Part shown: positions 46,766 through 56,881 of the stretch, piece after piece
Layout of the letters: every line of letters begins with the position of its first letter
How positions within the stretch are numbered: position 1 is the stretch's first letter
IMG/VR virus record: IMGVR_UViG_3300029258_005404
DNA length: 64,000 nucleotides
Direction: 5' to 3' (one strand)
Source of the DNA: a virus
Notes under the pieces: generated by a model
Databases searched by the model: none
What the model was told of the DNA's origin: nothing
The model's input: the letters and a program-made list of their open reading frames with translations, nothing else
Translations under genes and position numbers: made by a program

Positions 46766-48549
46766 TTATGAAAATAAGCATTCTCAATAAGTATCAGTTT
46801 CTTATAGGGTGTAATGATAAGCTCCTTCTTGGAAAAATGAAGGAAATGATGAATGGTAAAAAAGTAAGAGGGTATAATAGAATAATTATACCTTTAAAAT
46901 CTGGGCCAAAAATATATCGGTTCAAAAAATATGGAATAGAATGGGGAGACGGAGCGCAGAGGCTTATTAATAATATTTTAGCAAATACAAAGAAGCGTAC
47001 TCAGGTTATTGCTAAAATAAAAAATCAGTATGGCAGTAATATTAAATTCGATTATGATTATCAGGGTTCATATGAACCTATGGAGCATCAAAAAATATTA
47101 TTTAACATGATGGTATATCCTGAAGTGTCATGTATCATAGCAGATACTGGTACATGTAAAACTGGTCCATATTTATGGGCAATTGACAAAAGAATACAAA
47201 GAGGACAAGTTAGAAAAGCGCTTGTTATCACAATGACGGATTTGAAAAAAAATGTTCTGGAAGAAATGAAGGTTCAGGTTCCTCATTTAAGAGGTGTAAT
47301 ATTAAAAAATAAAACTCAATCTAACAATGTAATTAATAAAACTTATAAAATTAAAAAAAAGAATATGGACTACGATATTTATATAGGAAATTACGAATCC
47401 ATGTTCTCAGTGTTAAGTATAACACCAGATGATTATTTTGATATGGTTATTCTTGATGAGGCCCATAGAATTGGCAGCCCACATTCGAGACAAACTAAAA
47501 AAATAGTTAAAAAATTTGAAAACTGTAAATTTAAATATATAGTTACAGCCACATTGATATCAAACAATCTTATGTCATTTTTTATGCCTTTTAGATTTCT
47601 TGGTACAGACACAATACCTTATGCAAAACATGACGAATTCAGAGGGCAATTTATGCATCCTGTTGATCAGGATAGGCATGTGTGGATTCCTAATGATGGC
47701 TCAGAAGAAAAGGTTTCTGTAATAATAGGAAAAATATCAGCATCATTTAAAAAAGAAGATTGTCTTAATCTTCCGCCATTAATACGGGAAAAAGTAACAT
47801 GTGACATGGGATCAGAGCAATTAAGATTATATAATTCAATGAAAAAAGATTGTATAGCAATTATTGAAGATATGTGCAAACTGTGTAGCAGTAAAGGAAA
47901 ATGTGACATGTCTTGTGAGCAAACACTTATTGCCCAAAATGCGTTGACACTTACAACAAAACTTCAACAAATAGCATCTGGATTTTATATTAATTCAAGA
48001 ACAAAAATATCACCAGATGGAAAAGAAATCAAAGAAAAAAGTATTATCACTCTTGAAGAAAATCCGAAATTAAGATTACTTATTCAAGTTTTAAATAATA
48101 TTCCTTCAAATAAAAAAGTAATTATATGGGCGCATTATGTTCCAGCAATAGAACTTATCAAGAAGGCTATTGGTAATGCTTTTGGTGAAAATAGATATCT
48201 TACCTGTTATTTAAAACAGGATGCTTTTGAACAAGTACAGAAATTTAGAGACCCACAATATCGATTTTTAATTGGAAATCAAAAAAAAATGGGTCACGGG
48301 CATAATATACAATTTTCTAATTATCAGGTATTTTTTTGTAATCCATATTCATATATTCAGCGCGACCAGGCGGAAGGGAGGCAATACAGAAAAGGTCAAG
48401 AGCTATCAGTGACAGTTATAGATTTAGTAACAAAGCTTACTATTGACGAGGTAGTATTAAAGGCTTTGGGTGCCAAAGTTGATTTATCCATGAGTCTCGA
48501 ACAATGGGCAAGAGTCCTAAAAAAAGGACCTGATGCATTAGAGCTATAA
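46756..48549 (+). CDS. SNF2-family (SF2) helicase
   Basis: IADTGTCKT, ILDEAH, VTATLISN, KLQQIASGF, QAEGRQYRKGQ. Confidence 0.85.
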   Translation: MGVIMKISILNKYQFLIGCNDKLLLGKMKEMMNGKKVRGYNRIIIPLKSGPKIYRFKKYGIEWGDGAQRLINNILANTKKRTQVIAKIKNQYGSNIKFDYDYQGSYEPMEHQKILFNMMVYPEVSCIIADTGTCKTGPYLWAIDKRIQRGQVRKALVITMTDLKKNVLEEMKVQVPHLRGVILKNKTQSNNVINKTYKIKKKNMDYDIYIGNYESMFSVLSITPDDYFDMVILDEAHRIGSPHSRQTKKIVKKFENCKFKYIVTATLISNNLMSFFMPFRFLGTDTIPYAKHDEFRGQFMHPVDQDRHVWIPNDGSEEKVSVIIGKISASFKKEDCLNLPPLIREKVTCDMGSEQLRLYNSMKKDCIAIIEDMCKLCSSKGKCDMSCEQTLIAQNALTLTTKLQQIASGFYINSRTKISPDGKEIKEKSIITLEENPKLRLLIQVLNNIPSNKKVIIWAHYVPAIELIKKAIGNAFGENRYLTCYLKQDAFEQVQKFRDPQYRFLIGNQKKMGHGHNIQFSNYQVFFCNPYSYIQRDQAEGRQYRKGQELSVTVIDLVTKLTIDEVVLKALGAKVDLSMSLEQWARVLKKGPDALEL

Positions 48550-48572
48550 TTGTTAAAAATAAAATAAATTGT

Positions 48573-48605
48573 AAAGGGGCTGCTATTTCTTTTAGCGGCC
48601 CTTTT
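48573..48605 (+). terminator. Intrinsic terminator
   Basis: AAAGGGGCTGCTA/TAGCGGCCCCTTT stem followed by Ts. Confidence 0.7.
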
Positions 48606-48625
48606 CATTTAACAAAGGAGCCCTT

Positions 48626-49186
48626 ATGGGATTTAAAAAAATGACAGCTGCGACATTGCTAAAGCGGCTAAAAAAAATAAAAACCTGCATTGATAAAGGC
48701 GGGAAGACTTCGCTTAACGAAGTATGTAATGAGTTTTTGAAGACTTCTGTTTATTCAAGAGCTTTTATGAAACACAATCCTGTTCATAGATTAAAAAATG
48801 GGACTCTTCGGTGGAATGGATTGGCAGTTAATTTAAAATTAGCTGAGACAATCTTAAAAGAGGGAAGGGAAACAGCTAGGCTAATGGCTAAAGCAAAAAG
48901 AAAAATTGAAACGGCAGGTAGCATACAGCCTCGTTCTGTTGATATCAACGAAATGCTTGATAAAACAACTCTCAATAAAATTGCCAAATCACTTGGTGTG
49001 TCAGATAATGTTGATACATCAAAAACGCTTGAAGCTATACTCAATTCCATTAAAGAAATAAAAGGTAACATTGCCGAACTTCGTTATGATATTGATAGGA
49101 TAAAGTCTGGCATGTGGGATTTACACGCCGACCATAAAGAACGATTGGCTGAAACTATAACCCAACAGATTGGAGCACAAATTTAA
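48626..49186 (+). CDS. Hypothetical protein with C-terminal coiled coil
   Basis: 186 aa with AAGGAG SD. Confidence 0.6.
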   Translation: MGFKKMTAATLLKRLKKIKTCIDKGGKTSLNEVCNEFLKTSVYSRAFMKHNPVHRLKNGTLRWNGLAVNLKLAETILKEGRETARLMAKAKRKIETAGSIQPRSVDINEMLDKTTLNKIAKSLGVSDNVDTSKTLEAILNSIKEIKGNIAELRYDIDRIKSGMWDLHADHKERLAETITQQIGAQI

Positions 49187-49189
49187 TAT

Positions 49190-49798
49190 ATGACAAACAC
49201 TCCTATAATAAGACCTAAAATAACAAAGGAGTTGCGGCTAAGAATTTATAAAGAAATAATAGATTTTCCTGAAATCGGTGGAACTGAAATAATGGATAAT
49301 TTAATTCAGGAAGATCCAAGAAATGCAGCATTTTTTTTCAGCAGTAGAGTTGATAAAACTTTCACTTTAGAAGAGCTGATGATGATATATCGATGCAAAA
49401 CTATTGCTGAAGCAAAAAAAATGTATCGAAAACTTGGCCGCAATAGATCAGACGAATTCTCTATGAATAATGCTGTTATCACTCGGGCAAAAACCTGGCT
49501 CAATAAAAATCATGCCCCAAAAACACCAAACGGCGCTGTGTATGGTGCATCAGGCCTTGGTTATGTTACTGAAAACGCACTTAATATGAATAGAGCCGCA
49601 CGATGGATGTATCCACGTTTAAGGCAAATGCAACATGAATGCATGGCCTGGAACAAAACAGCTGAAAGACTTGATAGATCCGACTCCCCCGAGCGGAAAA
49701 AGGTTTCTGAAGCTGTTCGTAGATGGGTGTCAAAGGCTATGGTTTATAGAGAGATTAAAGATAATACTGATGGAATTCGTGATCAATTTTTACATTAA
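49190..49798 (+). CDS. Hypothetical basic protein
   Basis: 202 aa ORF followed by a hairpin at 49797-49825. Confidence 0.6.
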   Translation: MTNTPIIRPKITKELRLRIYKEIIDFPEIGGTEIMDNLIQEDPRNAAFFFSSRVDKTFTLEELMMIYRCKTIAEAKKMYRKLGRNRSDEFSMNNAVITRAKTWLNKNHAPKTPNGAVYGASGLGYVTENALNMNRAARWMYPRLRQMQHECMAWNKTAERLDRSDSPERKKVSEAVRRWVSKAMVYREIKDNTDGIRDQFLH

Positions 49799-49848
49799 AA
49801 GGCGGGGCTTCTTAGCCCCTCCTTTATTAATTTGTTATAGGAGGGTAC

Positions 49849-50136
49849 GTGAGTAGTAAAAGGTTTAGCAAAGAACAAATGCAATTAATGGTTAATAGGC
49901 ATGGATCTGATCAAAAAATAGCTGATGCATTAGGGACAACTCGCCAGAATATACAACAGCAAAGAAATAACCTTGATATCGATCCATATAAAAAAACAGT
50001 ATTAAGAAAAAGAAATGCAGATATATTAAGAATGAGAAATAATGGATGGATTATTAGTGATATAGCTCATAAATTTAAATTATCAGAACGACAGATAATT
50101 AGAATAATAAAAAGGGGAAATAATGAAAATAATTAA
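49849..50136 (+). CDS. Helix-turn-helix DNA-binding protein (two HTH-like units)
   Basis: SDQKIADALGTTRQNIQQ and IISDIAHKFKLSERQIIRII. Confidence 0.75.
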   Translation: MSSKRFSKEQMQLMVNRHGSDQKIADALGTTRQNIQQQRNNLDIDPYKKTVLRKRNADILRMRNNGWIISDIAHKFKLSERQIIRIIKRGNNENN

Positions 50137-50539
50137 TTCCGCTATATTAGAACTTGCTCTTGAATTCGCAGCAGGTGAAGCATATCAATGTGAAGTAATT
50201 GATACAGAAATGGAAGATTCATTAATAGGCTGCAATGCAGAATATGAATCAGCTGAAGAATGGATCAGAAACAAAGTTAAATGGTGGATTGATTCAGTCT
50301 CGGAAAAATTTAAAACATTTCACCAATCAAAGACAATCGAATATAATGAGTATACCGTTAAAGCTGCTCATATTTTTTATAAACTAAAGCTTGGTGAAAC
50401 TATTAATATAAATGACCAAACAATGATAACAAGAGTCCCTGGTGGATGGATGTGGGTTTCAGTATCACATCCAAGAAATGGGACATTTATTCCATATAAT
50501 AATGAATTTATATCAATTATTGAAGGAGAAAGTGATTAA
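50123..50539 (+). CDS. Hypothetical protein
   Basis: 138 aa; coupled to its neighbours. Confidence 0.55.
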   Translation: MKIINSAILELALEFAAGEAYQCEVIDTEMEDSLIGCNAEYESAEEWIRNKVKWWIDSVSEKFKTFHQSKTIEYNEYTVKAAHIFYKLKLGETININDQTMITRVPGGWMWVSVSHPRNGTFIPYNNEFISIIEGESD

Positions 50540-51123
50540 TGAATTACTTTATCGATACAGAATTTATTGAAGATGGTATTATCCTTGATCTTCTCAGTAT
50601 TGGTATTATTTCAGAAGATGGAAAGGAAATGTATCTTCTTAACTCTGGTGCACGCATCATGAGAGCAGATAGTTGGGTAAAAAATAATGTATTAAAATAC
50701 CTTCCAGGTATTACTATAACTGACAAAGGTGATATCCAATGTGATGAAAAATATCCAAACCCAATGTTCGGATGGGTTTCTATACATGGTATAATGCTCC
50801 AAATAATTGAATTAGTCAATGGTGATAATAAACCGGTATTCTGGGCTGATTATGGAGCGTATGATTGGGTTGCTTTTGCAAGGTGTTTTGGTAGACTAAT
50901 AGATCTTCCTAAAGAATTTCCAATGTACGTAAAGGATTTTCAGATGCTTCTTGATATATGTGGAAATCCAAATTTACCACAATTGCGAAATAAAAATAAT
51001 ATAGAGCATAAAGCTATTGATGACGCGCGCCATCTTAAAATGCAATTTGAATATATTAATAAACGATTTGAAATAACTGTTGATGATCATGAAAACAAAT
51101 CGGTATTTACAGCAGAATTATGA
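50539..51123 (+). CDS. DEDD 3'-5' exoribonuclease (Rv2179c-like)
   Basis: YFIDTEF, LLSIGI, WADYGAYDW, HKAIDDARH. Confidence 0.8.
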   Translation: MNYFIDTEFIEDGIILDLLSIGIISEDGKEMYLLNSGARIMRADSWVKNNVLKYLPGITITDKGDIQCDEKYPNPMFGWVSIHGIMLQIIELVNGDNKPVFWADYGAYDWVAFARCFGRLIDLPKEFPMYVKDFQMLLDICGNPNLPQLRNKNNIEHKAIDDARHLKMQFEYINKRFEITVDDHENKSVFTAEL

Positions 51124-51205
51124 AAATAAAACAGCCTCGTGATAAGATCGGTCGGTATCGAACTTATTATCTGGCCGCAAAAGTTCTCAAATTTGGAATA
51201 TCAAT

Positions 51206-51532
51206 ATGGCACGGAATGAGAAAAAAATTCAAACGAAAATCTTAAAAGACCTAGAGTCTTTTGGAAAGTATTGCGAATGCTTTAAAATAGAAAAGGCAAA
51301 TAAGAATGGTGAGCCTGATATATTCTTTACCACATTACTTACTGGCGCTGTTTTTATTGAATGTAAGCGCCTTACCGGATATGCTAAAAGATTACAGCTA
51401 TTTAAAATAGAAAAATTGAAAAATTGTGGATGTAAAGCATTTGTATGCCACTCATGGGAAGAGTGGTGCGAAATAAAAAATGAACTTGGTTTAACAAAAA
51501 TAGCTGTTATCCGCTTATACAATATGGAATAA
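51206..51532 (+). CDS. VRR-NUC / PD-(D/E)XK nuclease
   Basis: EKKIQ, GEPDI, FIECKR, QLFKIEKL. Confidence 0.8.
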   Translation: MARNEKKIQTKILKDLESFGKYCECFKIEKANKNGEPDIFFTTLLTGAVFIECKRLTGYAKRLQLFKIEKLKNCGCKAFVCHSWEEWCEIKNELGLTKIAVIRLYNME

Positions 51533-51576
51533 CTATAATGTAAAGAATAATATTCATATTAAGGAGGATATATATA

Positions 51577-53508
51577 ATGGACCAAACATTTGGTTTTATA
51601 GAAGTATGGCTCGCTGATATTTTACATATTGAATATCTTGAGTATGCGCTTGAAAATGGTTCAATTGCTGCTGCTGTCGGGCAAGATGGTTTTAATGAAT
51701 CATTTACTGCTATATCATATTTATGGGAAAAATTTGACCAAGATGATGCATTTAGACCAAGAGTGGTTGATTCAATAATTTCTGGTATGAAAATTGCAAT
51801 CCATAAATATTGGGCTAATGATGACTTGTTAAATGATTTAACAGGTGAGCGTGCAAAATTATCAGAAGTTTATCTTAACGTTATCGGAATTGGTCCTGGT
51901 AGATTTTCGCTTGATGCAATTAAGGATGAAATAAATAATAGAAATATAAATATACATCAGGATAATAATGCTGATATAAACAACAATGAGGCCATTCCTG
52001 AAGAACAAAATGTTGATATTAAACAGAATAAGGAATTGCAGTTTGATACTATTCCAATATGGAAAACGCGAATTGAAGAAATTGTTCATATTATAAAATC
52101 GATTACATACCTTGATCCAACTCGTGATGAAATATTTGGTGAAGATAAAGTGAGAGTTGTGTCATTTAAGGGTGAAGAAGTTAGTGATGATCAATTTGAT
52201 AGAATTATTAAAACAGCAAAAGGAATTAAAAAAAGTGTCATATGCATTTATAGCGCATCTGATGCAAATTTGATAATCGATGCGTTAAAACGTAATTATA
52301 ATATGGATGATATATCAAAATATGTATTATTTTTTATTCATTCATTACCAACAAGTAAATTTACATTAACTGAAAATGCAAAATCTCTTTGTTTTGGATA
52401 TGAAATAGATGAGATATATAAAATACCAGGCACATCAAATGAAAATGACGAGATAAATAAAATAAGAAACGACAATTCGTTAAATGATGCTGAAAAGCAA
52501 GATTCTATCAATTTAATTCTTGCAGAAAGAAAAAATTCTCCTATATATAAATTCGATGGAATATACAAAGATACTGTTACTAATGTAATATGGGCTGTTA
52601 AAGACAGATGTATTATATACTTTTTGATTCCATATTCTACTGGAAAAAATACGGCAGTATATAAATGTATATATAACGAATTAATAAGAAGGTATTTAAA
52701 ATCTTTACCATATAGAGAACTTGTCAAAATAGATCTTGAATATATGGAAAAGATGCATAGCAATAATAAAGAAGATTATATTAACTTTGCTGTAGAAAGT
52801 TCAAAAGTTATTACTGAGCAAATTAAAAAAAAAATGGAACAGCATCGCAGCCAATATAAAGAACATCTTGATCAAGCTATGGAGCATGCAAAACTATTTC
52901 AAAAATATTTTGATCAGATTTCATATTTCGATGAAAAAAAATTTATAAAAGATCAACGTAATAAAGCAAATGAAAATTATGAACAAACTATGGCAATTGA
53001 TAAAATAAGTGCTATTACGGTAAAAGATAATACTGTACATGTGTATACACATAATTTATATGCGCAGGATGAAAGGACTAAACGTTGGCATGACATAGGA
53101 ACTTTTCATATTGCAATAGGGATGCATAGTAATGCATATGATGCAAATAGAACAGTAATAATTAAAAATACTAAACATATGATACAAGTTGGAGCTTCAA
53201 AAATGAATGCCCCGCATGTGTGGGAAAATGGAACCTTTTGTCATGGAAATCTTGCTTCAGGAATGATTGATGCATATAAAAGGAAAAATTTATTTGAATT
53301 AGTTTACCAATTAATATTATTTCTTGAATCAGCGAATACATCGGATTCTGCTGGTGAAAAGGTAAATAGATGGCCAGAAGTTTCAGAAGAAGTTGCATTG
53401 AATACAGATTATAATCAAAACTCTGTTTATGAAATAATGGAACAAATGGCACAAGCTGAAAAGAAATTTGATGATGCATTAGCAGATGCAATACCTATTC
53501 ATATTTAA
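51577..53508 (+). CDS. Large protein with C-terminal prokaryotic E2-like (UBC-fold) domain
   Basis: C-terminal NAPHVWENGTFCHG matches the E2 HP(N/H)x...G..C(L) pattern; follows a coiled-coil region; adjacent to JAB, E1 and Ubl genes. Confidence 0.6.
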   Translation: MDQTFGFIEVWLADILHIEYLEYALENGSIAAAVGQDGFNESFTAISYLWEKFDQDDAFRPRVVDSIISGMKIAIHKYWANDDLLNDLTGERAKLSEVYLNVIGIGPGRFSLDAIKDEINNRNINIHQDNNADINNNEAIPEEQNVDIKQNKELQFDTIPIWKTRIEEIVHIIKSITYLDPTRDEIFGEDKVRVVSFKGEEVSDDQFDRIIKTAKGIKKSVICIYSASDANLIIDALKRNYNMDDISKYVLFFIHSLPTSKFTLTENAKSLCFGYEIDEIYKIPGTSNENDEINKIRNDNSLNDAEKQDSINLILAERKNSPIYKFDGIYKDTVTNVIWAVKDRCIIYFLIPYSTGKNTAVYKCIYNELIRRYLKSLPYRELVKIDLEYMEKMHSNNKEDYINFAVESSKVITEQIKKKMEQHRSQYKEHLDQAMEHAKLFQKYFDQISYFDEKKFIKDQRNKANENYEQTMAIDKISAITVKDNTVHVYTHNLYAQDERTKRWHDIGTFHIAIGMHSNAYDANRTVIIKNTKHMIQVGASKMNAPHVWENGTFCHGNLASGMIDAYKRKNLFELVYQLILFLESANTSDSAGEKVNRWPEVSEEVALNTDYNQNSVYEIMEQMAQAEKKFDDALADAIPIHI

Positions 53509-53524
53509 TTAAGAGGAGGACTTA

Positions 53525-54607
53525 TTGTTAACGTTGTTTATTAATCCGAATCTAGGCTTTACTATGAACACGCTTCCAGAAGGCATGTTCAATATTATGC
53601 AAAGTATAGATGTAGGTTCAGACAACACAATACAAGTCGTTATCGAAGATAATAGACTTGAAGAAGCTCGTGAAATACTGTCCGATGCTTATACTGGTTT
53701 TGTTAATTTCAACCAAACTGGAAGTATTGTTAAAGTTGATATTGGTGCAGAACCGGCAGAGCCTGAAGATCATGGTATTGAAATCGAAGAAGAGGGTAAT
53801 GAAGAAGAGGAATTGGACGAAAGAGACGATGCTCCTGAAATTGAAATTCCACCTGCTGGACAGGCAGTACCACGAGAAAATGAACCTGGCCAAGACGCGC
53901 CGATTCAACGTAATACAATGATCGAACCTTCTGTGGTACGAGAAAATATCATAGAAGATAACAATCAGCCATATACTGTACAGGTATATGCTTTAATTGC
54001 ACAAGCAGTTGGCGGTGAGAGTGTAAATCTTGCCAAACAACTTGATGAAGCAATACGTCAATTTAATATTCATTTCAATAAAGCACTTGCTTTAAAGCGT
54101 CAAGTTGACTCTGCAACTCAAAGATTTACAGAATCAAGCCCTGAAATAATTAACCTTGTTGAACAGGCAAACACTCTTGCCGAGCAGTATGAGCTTGTTG
54201 AAAGGGTGTATTTTACAAATGAAGAGCTTGTATTTATTACAATACCACTCATCACTGATGACAGGTGGGATGGTCACAGGCGACTTATCGGGTCTATGAG
54301 AATAGGAATAGCACTTGAGGCTTTATTCTCACCAAATCCAACAAGTGATAATAATGCGATATCAATCAAAAACCTTACTCACAGATATGTAAGCGGTTCA
54401 GGTCGCATATGGGAGTGTGGTCATTTTGATTCTCAAGGGCGTTCTTGTTTTGGAACTGCTTTTAATGCAATATTTGATGCTATTGTATCAAGAGATTTAA
54501 CTTATATTATTGAATCTTTGATTCGATTTATTAAATCTCCTAATCCGAATGATTCATGGGGTAGTCATATGAAATATTGGCCAATAGCACCAATAGAAGA
54601 GGAATAG
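53525..54607 (+). CDS. Second E2-like protein
   Basis: ECGHFDSQGRSCFG and a C-terminal segment homologous to that of 51577..53508 (D..G.....WP). Confidence 0.55.
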   Translation: MLTLFINPNLGFTMNTLPEGMFNIMQSIDVGSDNTIQVVIEDNRLEEAREILSDAYTGFVNFNQTGSIVKVDIGAEPAEPEDHGIEIEEEGNEEEELDERDDAPEIEIPPAGQAVPRENEPGQDAPIQRNTMIEPSVVRENIIEDNNQPYTVQVYALIAQAVGGESVNLAKQLDEAIRQFNIHFNKALALKRQVDSATQRFTESSPEIINLVEQANTLAEQYELVERVYFTNEELVFITIPLITDDRWDGHRRLIGSMRIGIALEALFSPNPTSDNNAISIKNLTHRYVSGSGRIWECGHFDSQGRSCFGTAFNAIFDAIVSRDLTYIIESLIRFIKSPNPNDSWGSHMKYWPIAPIEEE

Positions 54608-54617
54608 CAACAATAAT

Positions 54618-55538
54618 ATGGATTATTTCAAACCTGATAATCGTAAAACAACGTATAGAATCCTAGCAGATGATAAAAAAAAAGCGCCGCGTATAATATT
54701 TAGTATCACGGCGCTTAAATGGATTAAGGTTCTTATGGATGAACATGACACTGAAATTGGATTTTATGCGATTGTGGATGAAAGAGAAGCTGGTGAATAC
54801 TATGTTCATAATGTATTCTACCCGAAACATGAACTTGTTACAGGAGGAACGTGTGAAATATCCCCGGAGGGTGAGACTGAGATCATGCAATACCTTATTG
54901 ATAAAGGCAGAGAAGATGATATTGCCAAAATAAGGTTCTGGGGACATAAACATCCTGGGCATTGTGCAACAGGCCCATCAGGGCAAGATGAAAAACAGGC
55001 TATAGATAGAATGAATTCTACTGGAGCCTATTTAGTAAGAGCCATATGTAGTGGCACTGAAATAAGTGTATCATTCTTCGATTATGATAATAAAATAAGG
55101 TTCGATAATATCAAATGGGAAGTTGAAGAAGATAATAGAACCGCTATTATGATTGACAGATTGAACAAGCTTCAAGGTGTGTTTGATGGTGAAACCACCG
55201 AAGAAAATGTAGATGCTCGCTATACTGAAATAGCAAAAATATTTTCAGTAGATAGTGAGATAGAGGCTATAAAGGCCAAAGTAAAAGAATTGAAAAAAGT
55301 CAATATTCCAAATGAAAATGAATCAAAATATTATGGAAATAGACGAAATTATTCAATTAAAGATATTAGGAGTCAGCCGTGGAAAAATGGTGATAATGTT
55401 CAACAAACAACATTATTACCAAACAGACCAACGTCTCAAAGTAATATTGGTCTCGATGAAAATGAAACTGTTTTATTGCTTGATGAAATCGATCAGGAAA
55501 TCGATGATTTCTATGGGGCGTATAGAGGGGGCTACTAA
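54618..55538 (+). CDS. JAB/MPN metalloprotease (deubiquitinase-like)
   Basis: TEIGFY (catalytic Glu) and WGHKHP.....PSGQD (HxH-x-S-x-x-D). Confidence 0.85.
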   Translation: MDYFKPDNRKTTYRILADDKKKAPRIIFSITALKWIKVLMDEHDTEIGFYAIVDEREAGEYYVHNVFYPKHELVTGGTCEISPEGETEIMQYLIDKGREDDIAKIRFWGHKHPGHCATGPSGQDEKQAIDRMNSTGAYLVRAICSGTEISVSFFDYDNKIRFDNIKWEVEEDNRTAIMIDRLNKLQGVFDGETTEENVDARYTEIAKIFSVDSEIEAIKAKVKELKKVNIPNENESKYYGNRRNYSIKDIRSQPWKNGDNVQQTTLLPNRPTSQSNIGLDENETVLLLDEIDQEIDDFYGAYRGGY

Positions 55539-56308
55539 TGGATTATATACGGCAATTAGGGTTACTTGACCCAAAAGATATAAAGAAAAAAAGTGTTTCG
55601 ATAATTGGGGTCGGAGCTACTGGAAGTCATGTCGCACTGTACCTCGCCCAACTTGGGTGGGGAAATTTAGCGCATGAACAGGGAATAATAAGAGTTTTTG
55701 ATGACGATATTATTGAAGAGCACAATATTTGTAATCAAATTTATGAACCATCCCAGGTTGGTAAATCAAAAGTAGAAGCTCTTAATGAAATTATAAAACG
55801 TAAATGTAATTTTGAGATTGAAACACATAAAGAGATGGTAACAAATCAAAAAAGTGTTCAATCTACTTATGTTTTTATTCTCACAGATACAATGGCATCA
55901 AGAAAAGAAATATTCGAAAATTGTTTAAGATTTAGTTTCAATACAGACTTGGTAATCGAAACACGGATGGGTTTGCGTGAAGGTCGGGTTTATGCATTCA
56001 ATCCACACGATGGAGATCAAGTTTTGGCATGGAAAGATACGCTGTATAGCGATGAAGAGGCAAACGTATCTGCATGCGGAGCAAGCGCATCAATAATTAC
56101 AACCACTACATTTCTTGCGAGCCTCGCATGTGGAAGGGTCGTGCAGCATTTCAATGGAAAGTATGGGACTGATGATAAAATATCAAAACCAGATCGGTCT
56201 CAGAAATTATGGAATGAGGTTCACTTTTCCCTTTACCCTGAATCATTTTATTATAGAATGTTCAATGGAGGGGAGCCTCAGTTCATTCAGCAGAACTTAA
56301 ATCAATAA
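55538..56308 (+). CDS. E1-like ThiF/MoeB-family adenylating enzyme
   Basis: IIGVGATGS, FDDDIIEEHNICNQ, VGKSKVEAL, TDT...RK and a candidate catalytic Cys in SACGAS. Confidence 0.9.
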   Translation: MDYIRQLGLLDPKDIKKKSVSIIGVGATGSHVALYLAQLGWGNLAHEQGIIRVFDDDIIEEHNICNQIYEPSQVGKSKVEALNEIIKRKCNFEIETHKEMVTNQKSVQSTYVFILTDTMASRKEIFENCLRFSFNTDLVIETRMGLREGRVYAFNPHDGDQVLAWKDTLYSDEEANVSACGASASIITTTTFLASLACGRVVQHFNGKYGTDDKISKPDRSQKLWNEVHFSLYPESFYYRMFNGGEPQFIQQNLNQ

Positions 56309-56341
56309 CTATTTTCCAACGAAAGGGTTTTTGCTAATATA

Positions 56342-56821
56342 ATGATTTGTGCAAAACTCATCCAGATGGGTAAACCAATTCAGGATGCTGAAATTTCTGG
56401 TAACCCAACTGTGCAGGGACTGTTAAACGCTCTTAGCGTTACGGTTCCGGCAAATAGCACCATTACTCGAAATGGTGTAGAGGTAAATTTATACACCCAA
56501 CTGTACAACGGAGACAAAGTCTTCATCGGAACAAAAACAAAAGGAAATGTTGATGAACCATTCGAAGTTCAGTTAATTCGTATGGGGGCTGGCGGCGGAA
56601 TTGAAAAACTTCCCGCCACGGACGGGATGACTATTCAGGAAGTTATCGATCAGCTCAGTGAAGAAAAGAAAGCATCTTTTAAACACGCTGATGGTAGCCC
56701 TGCTTACGAATACCGTATCGGCACACGGAAGGTTGAGTTAACTGAAAAACTTTATAGCCCAACCGGAAGTGATATATTAAGAATTATATTATCTCAAAAG
56801 GTAAAAGGCAATAAGTCTTAA
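56342..56821 (+). CDS. Tandem di-ubiquitin-like (beta-grasp) protein
   Basis: Two repeats of about 70-90 aa (KLIQMG..TVQGLL..NG..V...L.NGD.VFI / QLIRMG..TIQEVI..Y.IG....LRIIL), ending TKTKGN and QKVKGNKS. Confidence 0.75.
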   Translation: MICAKLIQMGKPIQDAEISGNPTVQGLLNALSVTVPANSTITRNGVEVNLYTQLYNGDKVFIGTKTKGNVDEPFEVQLIRMGAGGGIEKLPATDGMTIQEVIDQLSEEKKASFKHADGSPAYEYRIGTRKVELTEKLYSPTGSDILRIILSQKVKGNKS

Positions 56822-56853
56822 AGCCGCGTATTAACCTCTTAATAACGACAATT

Positions 56854-56881
56854 ACGGGGAATAATTTAATTCCCCGTTTTT
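56854..56881 (+). terminator. Intrinsic terminator closing the Ubl cassette
   Basis: ACGGGGAAT/ATTCCCCGT stem followed by a T-run. Confidence 0.75.

Noticed and set aside
55538-56308. Thiamine or molybdopterin biosynthesis ThiF/MoeB
   Set aside because: No biosynthetic neighbours; the context is JAB, E2-like and Ubl genes.
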